Source: Eledone cirrhosa
Taxonomy: Eukaryota
NCBI GenBank assembly: GCA_964016885.1
Contig: OZ024745.1
Span: 85,436,001 to 85,500,000 of the forward strand
DNA length: 64,000 nt
Direction of reading: 5' to 3'
The notes under the pieces were generated by a model. That model was not told the origin of the DNA, did not search any database, and worked only from the letters and a program-made list of their open reading frames with translations. Position 1 is the stretch's first letter; each line of letters starts with the position of its first letter. This document shows positions 44,687 through 57,788 of this stretch, in pieces. The position numbers and the translations under genes are program-made.

Positions 44687-46844
44687 TATCATTGATAACT
44701 TGTTTGGTTTTTATAGAGAATATTAAGAGGGAAGAGTGAAGTTAGAAGAATAGTTAAGGGAGTGGATAGAAATTTGTTGATAGCAGTGGGTAATTAGATT
44801 CCCATCTGTTATTTTGTTAGTTGAATTTGACATTTTTATAGAATATTCATTATTTGGCGTTGGTTGTATTGGTTATTTTTCTAAATCTATCGAAGGGTTA
44901 GAGATAGTAAAGATATGCATGGTTGGTTTTGTATTTGGACTCAATTCACATACAGACTTAAATTTTTCTTTCAAGTGTACATATCCGTTCGCCCACAAAT
45001 TTGAGAACAGTAATTGGATTCGTAAAGATAGACCCGATTCGCAAAGATAGACCCGAGTCGTCGGAAATAACTGATATTGTGGGGTTATTTATCGCCTTTA
45101 GACTCCAGGAAAAATTCAGTAATCTCCACGGTGGAATATACCGCGATGATGCTCTCCTCCTAGTTAAAAACCTAAACAACCCAAAACTAGAAAAACTACG
45201 CAAAGATATAAGAAAACTACTACTTGAAATAGGACTAACTATAACATATGAACACAACCTTAAAGTAGTTAACTTCCTGGATGTCACACTCAATTTAAAC
45301 TCTGGTTTGATTAAACCGTTTCATAAATTGAATGAAAATCTCAAGTACGGGAATGTTGGGTCTAACCACCCCATCTCTATAATTAAATCTATCCCTAAAA
45401 ATATTTCCCTTCGAATCTCGGGTCTATCTTCTAACATACAAGTATTTAAGGAACATGCCGAACACTACGATAACGCCCTTAGTAAAGCAGGCTACCTCAA
45501 CAAAATAGAATATATAGATGAAAACAATCAAAACACCCAAAATAAATCCCACATAGGTAGAAATAATAACACAACACCAAACCACACTTACTACCATAAT
45601 GTACACACCAATAAACCAACAAACAAAACTAATAGGTAGCGATGCAAAGAGTACTTATGGTATAACCCTGAATACAATAGTTCCATTAGTACAAATTTAC
45701 CAGTACTCTTCTTTAAAATAGTTAGGAAACATTTTCCTACATCACACAAATACCACAAAATCCTAAACCCTACCACTACAAGACTATCATACTCTACAGC
45801 GTTAAACCTTGAACAACACATAAAAAAGATTAATACTAGATGATTAAACGAAAACAATAAAAACGTAAGTACAAAGAGCACAAAAAAAAACAGTAGACAA
45901 TACACTACAGAACATAAATAAACCACACCTAAGTTCGTCCGCAATACTACTCCAGTGTGAACCTAACTACAAAACCAACGTACATAACTGTAACTGCACC
46001 TATCCTGACAATTGCCCCCTCGGCAATAACTGCCTGGAAAAAAATATCATCTATAAGTGTACCATTGAATCCGGAGGCAACGAGTGGTATTACGTGGGAT
46101 CAACGGCAACATCGTTTAAATCTCGATTATATGGGCATTCTTACTCAATATAACACCAGAGCCAAAGAAATGTAACAACTTTAGCAGAAAAAGCTTGGAC
46201 GCTCAGGGATAGCGATCAAAAGTTTACCCTAAAATGGGAGAAATTAGCTAAAACCCAAAGCTTTTCCAGGAGCCAAAATTTCTGCAAATTATGTAACCTT
46301 GAGATTTATTACATAATCACACACAAGAAGACATTGCTTAATAACAGAATTGAACGAACATTATTCTGCCGTCACCGAACTAAAACCCTTTTTTCCCACT
46401 ACAAGCTGAAAATTACATAAACGAGGGACATCCTCCCAACTATACAAATCCTCAATCTAGTTAGAAAAATATAAAAACAACCTGTTCTCAACATATATAT
46501 GTACTATAATAACCTTAAATTATCACACTAAGAATGGATAAATATGCTGGTGAGAATAGGTGAGAATATGCTATAATGAATGTGTCTAAAAGAGACCATA
46601 TGTATGTATATATGTGAAAATGTATACAAATAAGTAAATAAGTGGGTGAGTGTATATATATATATATGTTTGATCTGTATAATTAAATATATGTGTATTC
46701 ATGTATATGTGTGTTTATATATATATATATATATATACATGGACAAGAGTATGTATGTATTTATGTGTGTGTCTATATGTGTGTATATGAAGATAAGTAG
46801 AGTATGAAAGTGTATATACATGAATGCGTATGTATGTACATGTA

Positions 46845-46884
<40 letters not shown>

Positions 46885-47308
46885 GGTATATATATATGTA
46901 AGTATGAGCATGTAAGTATGTGTAGAGGTGTACATATATGTATGTGTGTGAATGTGTATGTTTATTAAAAAATAAGTATATATACGCATATATTTATGTG
47001 TGGGCGAACGGATACGTACACTTGAAAGAAAAATTTAAGTCTGTATGTGAATTGAGTCCAAACACAAAACCAACCATGCATATCTTTACTATCTCTAATC
47101 CTTCGATAGATTTAGAAAAATAACCAATACGACCAACGCCAAATAATGAATATTCTATAAAAATGTCAAATTCAACTAACAAAATAACAGATGGGAATAT
47201 AATTACCCACTGCTATCAACAATTTCTATCCACTCCCTTAACTATTCTTCTAACTTCACTCCTCCCTCTTAATATTCTCTATGAAAACCAAACAAGTTCT
47301 CAATGATA

Positions 47309-47429
47309 TTATTCTGATGAAATGGTAGTTGAAAATAACATTGAAATATTGAGTGTCTGCATAATTAATACTTTGTAGATAGCAGCTGTTTTCAGGTTAT
47401 ATAACTGTTATTGAAACACGTGTCAATAA
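47309..47429 (+). ncRNA. Hammerhead, family E, long stem II
   Basis: ttatt-CTGATGA-aatggtagttg...taactgttatt-GAAA-cacgtg-TC-aataa. Confidence 0.82.
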
Positions 47430-47636
47430 ATTCCTTTGTATCCTTTGTATCCATTTAAATCCTTCTATTTTTCCGGATTACTTTTGAAACTACAGCTGGA
47501 ACCGTGGAGCAAACTCTGCATGAGCTGTCCATCTACTGTGTATAATATTCATATTACAACACTACGGATAATAGTATATATATATATATTATATATATAC
47601 ATATTATATATATATATTGTATATATATATATATAT

Positions 47637-47970
<334 letters not shown>

Positions 47971-48349
47971 TATATATATATATAATATATTATATATATA
48001 TATATCACATATATATATTATATATATATTTTATATATATTATATATATATTATATATATATATATATATATTATATACATATATATATTATATACATAT
48101 ATATATATGATATATATATATTATATATATATTATATATATATATATTATATATATATATTATATATATATGCATATATTATATATATATATTATATATA
48201 TATACATATATATTATATATATATATAAATTATATATATATATATTATATACATATCTATATTATATATATATATATATTATATATATATATATTATATA
48301 TATATATATATTATATATATATATATTATATATATATATTATATATATA

Positions 48350-48404
<55 letters not shown>

Positions 48405-48560
48405 ATTATATATATAGACATATTATATATATATATATATTATATATATATATTATATATATATATATATTATATATATATTATATATATATATATATTA
48501 TATATATATATATTATATATGTATATATTATATATATATATATTATATATATATATATAT

Positions 48561-48629
<69 letters not shown>

Positions 48630-48635
<6 letters not shown>

Positions 48636-48939
48636 ATACTTGGGGAGGGTCATATTTGTGTAATTTTGCCAGAATTAATAACAGAACACACTCACTGTTT
48701 GGTTGGTTTTCGCTTTTCGCTTCTGTGTCTTTTATATCGGTAATCTAATTTATTCGGTCCTCAATGTTGCCATTGACTGACCAACGGTCAAAAATAATAC
48801 AGATACAATTTAGAGACAAACACATATATATAGTTTATCAAAGTTCTTTAGTTGCACATCTGCAACATCGTCAGTGGTGCTATTGTTTCTCCCGTTACAT
48901 TGTACGCCTACGCCATCTTTATATAGTCTGTTTATATAT

Positions 48940-48940
<1 letters not shown>
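48630..48940 (-). mobile_element. pLTR family A with a decayed hammerhead (48838-48877, GAAA to TAAA)
   Basis: Reverse complement of 1-320. Confidence 0.8.
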
Positions 48941-48975
<35 letters not shown>

Positions 48976-48979
48976 ATAT

Positions 48980-50061
<1,082 letters not shown>

Positions 50062-50163
50062 ATTATATATATATTATATATATATATATTATATATATAT
50101 ATATATATTATATATATATATTATATATATATTATATATATATATATGTATATTATATATATA

Positions 50164-50209
<46 letters not shown>

Positions 50210-50227
50210 TATATATATATATATATA

Positions 50228-50401
50228 TCTAAGGCGGGTAAAATTCCCGAGATCCATGGACGAGTTCTCTCCAGCGGTCTCTGTCCCTCATTATCGCTGC
50301 CATATCCTTTGGGAGCCCCTACATGGACACACTAGAAGAGGAAGACCAAGGTTAACATATGTTGATGCCCTAAGGACAGACACTGGTCTGTTGGAGATGC
50401 A

Positions 50402-50407
<6 letters not shown>
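50228..50407 (-). mobile_element. 180-bp RTE 3' end with a 5' inversion
   Basis: 50228-50308 matches 38266-38346. 50309-50407 is the reverse complement of the adjacent upstream RTE segment (38340-38438). Confidence 0.88.
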
Positions 50408-50449
<42 letters not shown>

Positions 50450-50452
<3 letters not shown>

Positions 50453-50638
50453 AACGAGTAGGACCCCGACGGCTGAGCTCAAGCCGTTTCGACGGCTAAT
50501 TCCAGAATTAGCCGTCGAAACGGCTTCAGCTCAGCCGTCGGGGTCCTACTCGTTCCTATTACCCACTGTACTACCCTAAGTATTGTGTACTTTGGTGCGT
50601 TATGGTCCACCTGGTTCCTTACCATATTTCCTTCGTTA
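50450..50638. mobile_element. Fold-back mini-module, family F
   Basis: 50450-50502 is inverted relative to 50506-50558; the right arm extends to 50638. Confidence 0.8.
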
Positions 50639-50804
50639 TATATATATATATATAATTTGTATTCCAATGTTACTAAGTAGTTGCATTGGATGGAGTCAAC
50701 TGACGTCAGAGATTGCTCAACGTATAAAAAAGGGTGTTTTAAAATCCGGAGAAAATATGGAGAAAAAATTTACGAAATGGAAATGCGGTTATATAGAATT
50801 TATT

Positions 50805-50921
50805 AGGTAACAATTGTTTCTATAGTGTATGAGTTACCTATACCTCGCTATTTGAATAATACACAAATATTATCAAAAACCGAAAGTACACTGTAAGCCA
50901 ACACACCATGTCATCAGACCT
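50805..50921 (-). ncRNA. Hammerhead, family H
   Basis: Reverse complement of 53530-53646. Confidence 0.78.
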
Positions 50922-51787
50922 TTGTATTAGAATGATATGAAAATATTTTATACACTAGATAAAAGATTAAGAAGGAGGTAGGAAGAGAAGGGGAAGAGGG
51001 AAGTGAGTAAGGTGGAGGGAGTCTTAGGGTTTAAGACTGTCAGACTAGTAGAGATTGTGAAGAGAGAATGTTTTGGCAGCAGTTAGCTTAATGAGGCGTG
51101 CTAAGGTTGGCTGGGAAGTAGATTCTTCTAGTGGTGTTGTTCGGACAAAATTTAGTTAGAGGGGTCAAAGTGGTACAATGTCACAGACAAGTTATTAGGG
51201 CTATTATAGTAGCAGGTTATTTCTAAAGGGGTCCAGAAAAACAGTCTTTAGTACTATTATTATAGAAAGCCATATCTAGTGTATAAACATATAAGACAGA
51301 AATTTGCAAACATTGGTGTAAAAAGGTAACATTATATGCATTTAAAAAAAGAAAAAGTCGTTTTTAAACGATGGTTACAGTATAGAGAACGTTCAATTTT
51401 GCTGTTCAAAAGTTTGTTTACCGACGTTAAAATGCAGTATATCTCTAAATTGCATAACTTGCAGAATCGATGATTTTGCTGATATGCAGGCGCAGCTGCA
51501 ATAATTTGCCAATCAAGGGAGAACGTTTGATTGTTCCTCCGAAGCTGCCAGGCTTTATCGGCGAGGGTTGTTACGGAGCGCATTTTCTCGTGCCTGATCG
51601 AAGATCGATGTTGGTATAGGCGAGCCTTGAAAGAAGTTGCGGTACATCGGACGTAATAGCATGTGTTGGTCCCGGAATTTATTGTACACCGGTAGACATT
51701 ATTATACTTGAAGCTAGACGCACAGTAGCGCACTTTGAAAATAGTTATTGGGTCCGCAGGGATAGACCCTCGGAATTCGACATTACG

Positions 51788-53119
51788 ATGGGTTCTAATG
51801 ATTCGGCGGAGGTCACGGATTTGGTTGGGATCTATATAGCCCATAGACTCCAGAGCGAATTTACGGACCTCCACGGCGGAATATACCGCGACGATACACT
51901 TCTATTAGTCAAGAATATGAACAAACAAAACCTAGAAAGGCGACGTAAAAACATTAGGAAACTTTTCTTAGAACTAGGGCTTAATATTACCTTTGAACAC
52001 AATCTTAAGGTGGTCAACTTCTTGGATGTCACCTTCAACCTTAATAACGGTAATATAGAGCCATTTCACAAACTTAATGAAAATCTTAAGTACGTTAATG
52101 TAAAATCGAACCATCCTCATTCCATTATTAAATCTATCCCTAAAAATATATCCATAAGGATCTCCCGACTGTCGTCTAATTTGCAGACCTTCAACGAGCA
52201 TGCTGAATATTATAATGACGCACTTAGAAAAGCTGGTTACTGCGAGAAAATTGAATATCTAGACGATAACCACATAAGTACTATGAATAAAACACATCTA
52301 AGTCGAACTAGTATTGCACCACACACACACATCAATAGGCATACTAACAGGTGCAAACCAGCAAATAGAGTCAGACGTAGAGAGTACATATGGTATAACC
52401 CCGTGTACAATTCTTCTATTAGCATTAAGATTATCTCACAATTCTATACACTAATCAATAAACACTTTACAACTTCACATAAATACTATAAAATCTTTAA
52501 CTCGCGCACCATTAGACTCTCATACTCCACTGCACCTAACATAGAACAACTAATTAGAAAACTCAACTCAGCAATACTGAATAAGTACATCCCTAATGAC
52601 TCAGCGCACCAGCATAGCAACATGCAACGCACTAACACGCAACCACAACCCCACCAAACAATCCAGGATTCTACTGCAAAACATAAAAATAGTTGTAACT
52701 GCACCAAACCAGGTACGTGCCCACTGAATAACCAGTGCCTAGCACGCAATATTGTCTACCGGTGTACAATAAATTCCGGGACCAACAAATGGTATTACGT
52801 CGGATGTACCGCAACTTCTTTCAAGGCTCGCCTATACCAACATCGATCTTCGATCAGGCACGAGAAAATGCGCTCCGTAACAACCCTCGCCGATAACGCC
52901 GGGCAGCTTCGGAGGAACAATCAAGCGTTCTCCCTTGATTGGCAAATTATTGCAGCTGCGCCTGTATATCAGCAAAATCATCGATTCTGCAAGTTATGCA
53001 ATTTAGAGATATACTGCATTTTAACGTCGGTAAACAAACTTTTGAACAGCAAAATTGAACGTTCTCTATACTGTAACCATCGTTTGAAAACGACTTTTTC
53101 TTTTTTTAAATGCATATAA
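51788..53119 (+). CDS. Uninterrupted but 5'-truncated PLE RT + GIY-YIG ORF (frame open from about 51698)
   Basis: [52 protein letters not shown] and YCNH, all in one frame. Confidence 0.9.
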   Translation: MGSNDSAEVTDLVGIYIAHRLQSEFTDLHGGIYRDDTLLLVKNMNKQNLERRRKNIRKLFLELGLNITFEHNLKVVNFLDVTFNLNNGNIEPFHKLNENLKYVNVKSNHPHSIIKSIPKNISIRISRLSSNLQTFNEHAEYYNDALRKAGYCEKIEYLDDNHISTMNKTHLSRTSIAPHTHINRHTNRCKPANRVRRREYIWYNPVYNSSISIKIISQFYTLINKHFTTSHKYYKIFNSRTIRLSYSTAPNIEQLIRKLNSAILNKYIPNDSAHQHSNMQRTNTQPQPHQTIQDSTAKHKNSCNCTKPGTCPLNNQCLARNIVYRCTINSGTNKWYYVGCTATSFKARLYQHRSSIRHEKMRSVTTLADNAGQLRRNNQAFSLDWQIIAAAPVYQQNHRFCKLCNLEIYCILTSVNKLLNSKIERSLYCNHRLKTTFSFFKCI

Positions 53120-53529
53120 TGTTACCTTTTTACACCAACGTTTGCAAATTTCTGTCTTATATGTTTATACACTAGATATGGCTTTCTATAATAATAGTAC
53201 TAAACACTGTTTTTCTGGACCCCTTTAGAAATAACCTGCTACTATAATAGCCCTAATAACTTGTCTGTGACATTGTACCACTTTGACCCCTCTAACTAAA
53301 TTTTGTCCGAACAACACCACTAGAAGAATCTACTTCCCAGCCAACCTTAGCACGCCTCATTAAGCTAACTGCTGCCAAAACATTCTCTCTTCACAATCTC
53401 TACTAGTCTGACAGTCTTAAACCCTAAGACTCCCTCCACCTTACTCACTTCCCTCTTCCCCTTCTCTTCCTACCTCCTTCTTAATCTTTTATCTAGTGTA
53501 TAAAATATTTTCATATCATTCTAATACAA

Positions 53530-53646
53530 AGGTCTGATGACATGGTGTGTTGGCTTACAGTGTACTTTCGGTTTTTGATAATATTTGTGTATTATTCAAA
53601 TAGCGAGGTATAGGTAGCTCATACACTATAGAAACAATTGTTACCT
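53530..53646 (+). ncRNA. Hammerhead, family H, about 90-nt stem II
   Basis: aggt-CTGATGA-c-atggtgtgt...atacactat-a-GAAA-caattg-TT-acct. Confidence 0.8.
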
Positions 53647-53729
53647 AATAAATTCTATATACCCGCATTTCCATTTCGTAAATTTTTTCTCCATATATAT
53701 ATATATATATATATTATACATATATATAA

Positions 53730-55330
53730 AATAACTCACAGCCTTCTTTAAAGGCTTCAACCTCTCTATACAGGTTGAGGCCAATCTCTCGGTCGTTAAT
53801 TTCCTCGACGTTACCCTCAATTTATTGAATGGGTTGTATTACCCGTATAGAAAGCCGAATGATACGCTTAATTACAAAAGTAAGCATTCCAACCATCCTG
53901 CCAGCATAACCAAGAACCTGGTAAGAAATGTTTCGTTGAGGCTTTCCCGTCTATCTACTTACGAGCATATTTTCAACGACCATTCCACTTATTACAATGA
54001 AGCTCTTGCTCGGAGTGGATTTGTCGATAAGGTAGCATATACAGAGTACGAAAATAGACCTAGAAGAAATAGATCCCGTCGCATTTGTTGGTATAACCCA
54101 CCATATAATATGGAGGTGGCCACACCATTAACTAAGATCTTTCTTTCCCTTATTACGAAGCATTTACCCCCTACACATAAATATAATAACATTTTTAATA
54201 GAAATACTATTAAAATTTCTTACTCTACGACTCCTAACCTTGCAGCACATAACATCACAGCTTCAAATTTAGCTAAACTACCTAGCCGTAAGAACACGTG
54301 CAACACTGTAGTTATTACTAACTGTAATTGTAGGAATCGGGTTGATTGCCCCCTATCCGGGAAATACCTCTCTAGTAACATTGTCTACAAATGTAAGGTT
54401 GAAACACCCACGTCCCGTAGGGCCTACATAGGTTTAACCGCCAATAGATTCAAGCAGCGTCTTTACATGCATACCCATTCTTTTCGTTACCCTCTAAGAA
54501 GGAATATAACGTCACTTTCTGCTTATATCTGGAGTCTAAAAGACAACCACACCCAATATAAGTTACACTGGGATATCCTAGCTAGGACTAGATCGTATAA
54601 CGGAAATAAAAGACCATGTGACCTCTGCGCCGCTGACGCCCTGGAAATACTCTACGCCACAGACCACATCTTAAACAAAAAATCTGAGGCAATTTCGGCT
54701 TGTAAACATAAATTGCACAAAACTTTCCTGTATTACAGCCCCACGTTATACACTAACGGATAGTACGATCTATACGTGGATATTTTACGTCTTGATGTGG
54801 TAGTTAAGTATATGTTTTGTTTATACCATTACTTATTTGCATAGGTAAGTATATATTACCTGTATGTTTTGTGAAGGTACGTATACCTTCTCGTACGTAT
54901 ATTTGATTGTATATGTTATGGCGTATAATTTTTTATTTTATATTTTCTGGTACATATGGTTTGGTTATGTGTATACGGATGTTTTGCGTCTGTGTGAGTA
55001 TGCAGGTTCGTACGTTGTAGGTTTGTGTATATGTGTACTTCATGTTTGGGTTGACTTACATCTCCGAACATTTGTGTATTTACATGTAGGTATGTGTGTG
55101 CGCTTGTTATATACGTATTTATTTATTTATATACGTTTATTTAATTATTTATTTATTTGTCTACACGCATAACACACACATATTTATATGTGCGTGGTTT
55201 TGTATACCTATGGTAAGTGTTTTCGCGTATGCTTGTGTACGTACGTATTTGTATGCGTGTATATATATATTTAATTTCTATTACCTCTGTATTCTATTTA
55301 TTTACTTTGTTCTTAACTCTGAAGCGGAGA
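53730..55330 (+). mobile_element. 5'-truncated PLE of another family; ORF 53825-54763 encodes the thumb + GIY-YIG
   Basis: Motifs [48 protein letters not shown] and ACKH. Confidence 0.9.
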
Positions 55331-55339
55331 TTCATTCGG

Positions 55340-55866
55340 TCTCCTAGTTAGAATTTTAGTCTACGACTTCTGATATACCTTTTACGTGGTTTTGTCTTTG
55401 CGTGCAATTGTTTTCCCCGATCCACATATGACGTATTATCTTCGTTTTTTTCGTTCATTGCCAGAGAACGTCTCTATGAACCACCTAAGAGAAAATTAGT
55501 CTACGACCTCTTTTATACCATAAACGTGGTTCTGTCTTTGCGCGTAATTGTTTTTAACCGTTCCTATTAATGATGTATTATATTCGTGTTTCCCGTTTTT
55601 TGCCAAGGAACGTTTCCACGAACCAAAGTATCGTCTTCCTGTCTTCCTCCGGTTGCAACGTTTTTTTAAATATCCATTTCTACGTTTACAGATTGACTTT
55701 GATAGTTTCAGAATATCCTGTTAAGGGTGAAAGCAGCGTTTCTTTGCTTAAATGTTAATCTGTTACTTTAATAAATTTTTGCTCTACGGTTCTTATATAT
55801 TTGATATATATTTATCCTTATCGAGCCCTCTTTGGATTTTAGTCATCAAATTTATTATTATTACTG
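55340..55866 (+). mobile_element. Terminal segment, family D, with an internal duplication of about 140 bp
   Basis: Matches 4731-5027 directly and 4595-4733 in reverse. Confidence 0.65.
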
Positions 55867-55908
55867 TATATATATTATATATATATTTATATACTATATA
55901 TATATAAA

Positions 55909-56001
<93 letters not shown>

Positions 56002-56356
56002 TTATATATTATTTATATTATATATATATATATGTTATATATATATTATATATATTATATATATATATTATATATTATATATATGTATTTATTATATATA
56101 TTATATATATATTATATATATTATAAATATTATATATATTATATATATTATATATATATATATATTATATATATATATATATTATATATATATATATTAT
56201 GTATATATATTATATATATATATTTAAATATATATGTATATATATATTATATATATATATTTATATATATATGTATATATATATATATATTATATATATA
56301 TTATATATATATTATATATATATATATATATTATATATATATATTATATATATATG

Positions 56357-56388
<32 letters not shown>

Positions 56389-56430
56389 ATATTTAGATAT
56401 ATTATATATATATATTATATATCTATATAT

Positions 56431-56537
<107 letters not shown>

Positions 56538-56719
56538 CATATATATATAAATGAAATAATTCCGTCGGAAAAGTCCAGGAATAAAGAGTGCTCTATGTAA
56601 GTAACAGAGCTTGATAGTTATGTAACAAACAATTTGTTTATTACATAACTATATATATATATATTATATATATATATATTATATATATATATTGTGTATA
56701 TATATATATTATATATATA

Positions 56720-56768
<49 letters not shown>

Positions 56769-56904
56769 ATATTATATATATATTATATATATATTTATAT
56801 ATTATATATATATTATATATATATATATATATTATATATATATATATATTATATATATATATATATTATATATATATATATATATATTATATACATATAT
56901 GTAT

Positions 56905-56940
<36 letters not shown>

Positions 56941-57167
56941 ATATTATATATATATATTTTATATATATATTATATATATATATATAGTTATATATATATT
57001 ATATATATATATTAGATATATATTATATTTATATATATATATATTATATATATATATATTATATATATATACTATATATATATATATATTATATATATAT
57101 TATATATATATCATATATATATATATATATAAATAATATATATATATAATATATATATATATATATA

Positions 57168-57215
<48 letters not shown>

Positions 57216-57311
57216 AAACATATAATATATATAATATATATATATAATATATATATATATAATTTATATAAATATATATATATATATGATATATATACAT
57301 TATATATATAT

Positions 57312-57345
<34 letters not shown>

Positions 57346-57376
57346 GTTATATATATATATTATATATATATATATA

Positions 57377-57560
57377 AGGGCGGTGGATTGGCAGTATCGG
57401 TAGAGGGTCGGACGCCATGCTTTCAGCATAGTTACGTCCCTTTACGATCTGAGTTCAAATCCCGCCGAGGTTGACTTTGCCTTTCATCCTTACGGGGTCG
57501 ATAAAATAAAGTACCAGTAATGCACTGGGTAATTGCTGGCCTTGTGCCTAAAGTAGAAAC

Positions 57561-57565
<5 letters not shown>
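57377..57565 (+). mobile_element. Full-length tRNA-derived SINE inserted in (TA)n
   Basis: A box TGGCAGTATCGG, B box GAGTTCAAATCC, Meta-like core GCCTTTCATCCTTACGGGGTCGATAAAATAAAGTACCAG. Confidence 0.88.
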
Positions 57566-57595
<30 letters not shown>

Positions 57596-57718
57596 GGAGG
57601 TGAGTTTTATTGTAGCACAATAAAGTAATGCAGATATCGGATAAGAAGCACTCTACAGTTTGTAGGACTGGAGTATAAATATTATATAAGATCAAAAGAT
57701 GGTTAAAAGAGTTCTATG

Positions 57719-57788
57719 TATTTTATTATGCGCATTTCAAAACAAATATCATCATGCAATAATATTTGCGTTTTCGTCAGATAAAATA
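57719..57788 (-). ncRNA. Hammerhead, family I
   Basis: Reverse complement of 61017-61087. Confidence 0.85.

Larger units (their letters stand above)
44421..47575 (+). mobile_element. PLE copy 3 (family E): inverted pLTR at 44421-44997 plus 5'-truncated body and 3' pLTR
   Basis: GGIYRDD, CNCTYPDNCPL and YYVGST on plus. 44421-44997 is the reverse complement of about 46998-47575. Confidence 0.93.
50655..53695 (+). mobile_element. PLE (YRDD type): roughly 1-kb inverted 3' segment at 50655-51697 plus 5'-truncated body
   Basis: 50757-51697 is the reverse complement of about 52752-53695. Confidence 0.93.

Noticed and set aside
55315-55355. CTGAAGC-ggaga(..)tctcc as a hammerhead at the end of the 53730 PLE
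   Set aside because: GAAA and stem III are absent; at best a deleted remnant.
57377-57475. tRNA gene
   Set aside because: The A and B boxes belong to a multi-copy SINE head, and there is no cloverleaf.
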